DNA of 34,051 nt, from contig CAYJXD010000001.1 in assembly GCA_964374085.1 (NCBI GenBank), forward strand, positions 15,378 through 49,428. Reading direction: 5' to 3'. Numbering within the stretch: the first letter of the stretch is position 1; each line of letters starts with the position of its first letter. Below the pieces are notes generated by a model. The model did not search any database. It was given only the letters and a program-made list of their open reading frames with translations, and was not told where the DNA came from. A program made the position numbers and the translations under genes. Shown one piece after another: positions 32,651 through 34,051 of this stretch. The DNA is from an uncultured Methanosarcinales archaeon (GTDB lineage Archaea; Nanobdellota; Nanobdellia; Woesearchaeales; UBA10216).

Positions 32651-32899
32651 ATGAATATCATTGTTGCAATCGGGAGGCTTATTTTCAGGAGAGGGACTGG
32701 ATTGTTCAAGCTCCTCTTTGCGATTGACGACCTAATCAGGCTTTTTGCCATTACCCTGATAATGTTCCTTTCCCTCACTATCCTTGAGGTTTCAGGCCTT
32801 TTTTTCACTGCGGCAATGATTCTTGCGATTGTCATTGATGTTCACGACGTCTTTGATGACATCAAGGAAGGCAAGCCCCTTGACCTGGGCTTCAACTAG
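32651..32899 (+). CDS. small membrane protein
   Basis: Two hydrophobic segments. The ATG is about 26 nt from the TATA. It ends 4 nt before the next ATG. Confidence 0.45.
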   Translation: MNIIVAIGRLIFRRGTGLFKLLFAIDDLIRLFAITLIMFLSLTILEVSGLFFTAAMILAIVIDVHDVFDDIKEGKPLDLGFN

Positions 32900-32903
32900 G
32901 AAA

Positions 32904-33497
32904 ATGTTCAGGAAATTTTCTCTCTACGAAATCAGGATTCTGAAATCTGCCTTCCTCAATGCAAGGCCTTTCAGGCATGTCCTGGTCACAAATTTCCTTG
33001 CATCTCCTGATTCAGCGCTGAAAGCGCTGGCAAGGCAAAAGTTCTTCAGGAAAGACTCTGACCTTTTCAGCTTCAGCCAGACCCAGAATTTGCTGCACAG
33101 CACTCCAAAAGAGCTAAGGCAGCTCGTTGCAATGTTCAGCAGCCCTGAATTCTCTGGATTTGTTTCGGCAATTACCGGAAAAAAATTAAGGTCTGGCTCA
33201 TTGGACTTGTCAGGCGCGGTTTACAATGATTCAGATTACCTGCTATGCCACGATGATGACCTTGAAGGAAGGAAAATTGCATTCATACTTTACCTTTCCC
33301 CTTCCTTCAAGCCCGGAGATGGGGGAGAGCTTGTCTTTTACTCTTCAAGGAAAAACCATCCCCATCAGAAAGCAGCCTCATATCCTCCTGTAAAGAACTC
33401 GCTCATGGTTTTCGAGGTTTCAAAAAAATCATGGCACGAGATAGAGGAAGTCAAGGCAAAAAAGAAGAGGTATACTATTGGGGGCTGGCTCCATTGA
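32904..33497 (+). CDS. 2OG-Fe(II) oxygenase, N-terminal catalytic domain of an OGFOD1/Tpa1/Ofd1-like prolyl hydroxylase
   Basis: PFRHVLVTNFL, DLFSFSQTQNL, LLCHDDDLEGRKIAFILYLSP (HxD), GGELVFY, NSLMVFEVSKKSWHEIEEV (distal His) and RYTIGGWLH. Confidence 0.85.
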   Translation: MFRKFSLYEIRILKSAFLNARPFRHVLVTNFLASPDSALKALARQKFFRKDSDLFSFSQTQNLLHSTPKELRQLVAMFSSPEFSGFVSAITGKKLRSGSLDLSGAVYNDSDYLLCHDDDLEGRKIAFILYLSPSFKPGDGGELVFYSSRKNHPHQKAASYPPVKNSLMVFEVSKKSWHEIEEVKAKKKRYTIGGWLH

Positions 33498-34051
33498 TTA
33501 ATCCATTTGTTAACCCTGTTTACCTGAAGCCAAAGATACTGAAAAAGGTCAGCGAGGCTTACCTTTCAAGCATTCCTGTCGGAGTCCAGCTGAAGGATTT
33601 TTTCCTTCCCCAAGAGTACAGGGAAATGCTTTCTCTATGCAATAATCCACGCTTCAAAAAATCAGAGGTCAGGGATTTGTACTCCTTCTTCGAGGACCCA
33701 AAATCAAACGCTTCGCCTTTCTTCAAGTCAGCTGAATTCATCAGGTTTGCTTCCAAAGTATCTGGAATCAAGCTGTCGAAAAGCGTTTGCAGCCTCAAGG
33801 TTTTCACTCCAGGATGCTATACCCTTGCAAGCTTCCGGCCTAAAGGAAAGGTGGAGTTTTTGCTTGACTTAACTCCTTCATGGAGGCATGAATGGGGAGG
33901 GAGCAGCAATTACATCGCTTCCGATGGTGACAGGCTTGTCCTTCCTCCTGTTCCTAATAGCCTTATCCTTGCAAGCATGGAAAACATAGAAGGCTACATC
34001 AAGTATGTCAACCACAGGGCAAAAGGGAATGGCAGGATAATGGTGCAGGGC
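33494..34051 (+). CDS. OGFOD1/Tpa1 C-terminal (Ofd1_CTDD-like) domain protein, 3'-truncated by the window edge
   Basis: A frame not in the ORF track is open from upstream of 33431 to the window end. It encodes INPFVNPVYLKP...LKDFFLP...SGIKL...FTPGCYTLAS...EFLLDLTPSWRHEWGGSSNYIASDGDRLVLPPVPNSLILA...KYVNHRA. Candidate starts are TTG 33494, which overlaps the upstream TGA, or ATG 33431. Confidence 0.7.
   Translation, partial: MINPFVNPVYLKPKILKKVSEAYLSSIPVGVQLKDFFLPQEYREMLSLCNNPRFKKSEVRDLYSFFEDPKSNASPFFKSAEFIRFASKVSGIKLSKSVCSLKVFTPGCYTLASFRPKGKVEFLLDLTPSWRHEWGGSSNYIASDGDRLVLPPVPNSLILASMENIEGYIKYVNHRAKGNGRIMVQG

Noticed and set aside
33559-33807. 82-aa minus-strand ORF
   Set aside because: It is antisense to the plus-strand frame that carries the clear OGFOD1 C-terminal-domain-like sequence.
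1-34051. CRISPR arrays, transposases, integrases, rRNA genes and inteins in the large conserved genes
   Set aside because: I found no spaced direct repeats and no recombinase-like ORFs. dnaK, tuf, elp3 and the ATPase have normal lengths with contiguous family motifs.

Overview
This is a compact archaeal chromosomal segment. The evidence is EF-1alpha followed by rps10, an archaeal-type short triosephosphate isomerase, archaeal SepF, Elp3, DUF211, the DUF2072/DUF2073/GTPase trio, TATA-box promoters and a BHB-type tRNA intron. I call 49 protein-coding genes and one tRNA; I found no rRNA, CRISPR array, transposase or integrase. Coding density is very high: there are five convergent gene pairs whose 3' ends overlap, many 0-4 nt junctions or overlaps inside operons, and TTG or GTG starts at coupled junctions. 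Most genes look leaderless, with an AT-rich TATA element centred about 25-30 nt upstream of the ATG. I used that spacing to choose start codons. Housekeeping content: tuf-rps10, tpiA, sepF, a bacterial-type grpE-dnaK-dnaJ locus, ogg, a P2-type cation ATPase, elp3, an Obg/YchF-like GTPase, an NSUN-type m5C methyltransferase, truD and a rhomboid protease. Accessory content: two canonical vapBC pairs, a decayed RHH/mini-PIN pair, a long HTH plus PIN-like pair, and a three-gene pilin-like operon. The most interesting items are: (1) a eukaryote-type OGFOD1/Tpa1-like ribosomal prolyl hydroxylase, split at its domain boundary into two overlapping ORFs, the second of which runs off the window and is missing from the ORF track; (2) tRNA-Arg(CCU) with a 20-nt non-canonical intron in the T-loop, apparently co-transcribed with a downstream mRNA; (3) an hsp70 locus with two inserted genes (a small Cys/His protein and a 2-TM K+ channel), plus a divergent wHTH gene and a perfect 17-bp palindrome at the grpE 5' end; (4) three divergent gene pairs that share one centrally placed palindromic TATA element. 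All functional calls rest on motif recognition by eye; no database search was run.
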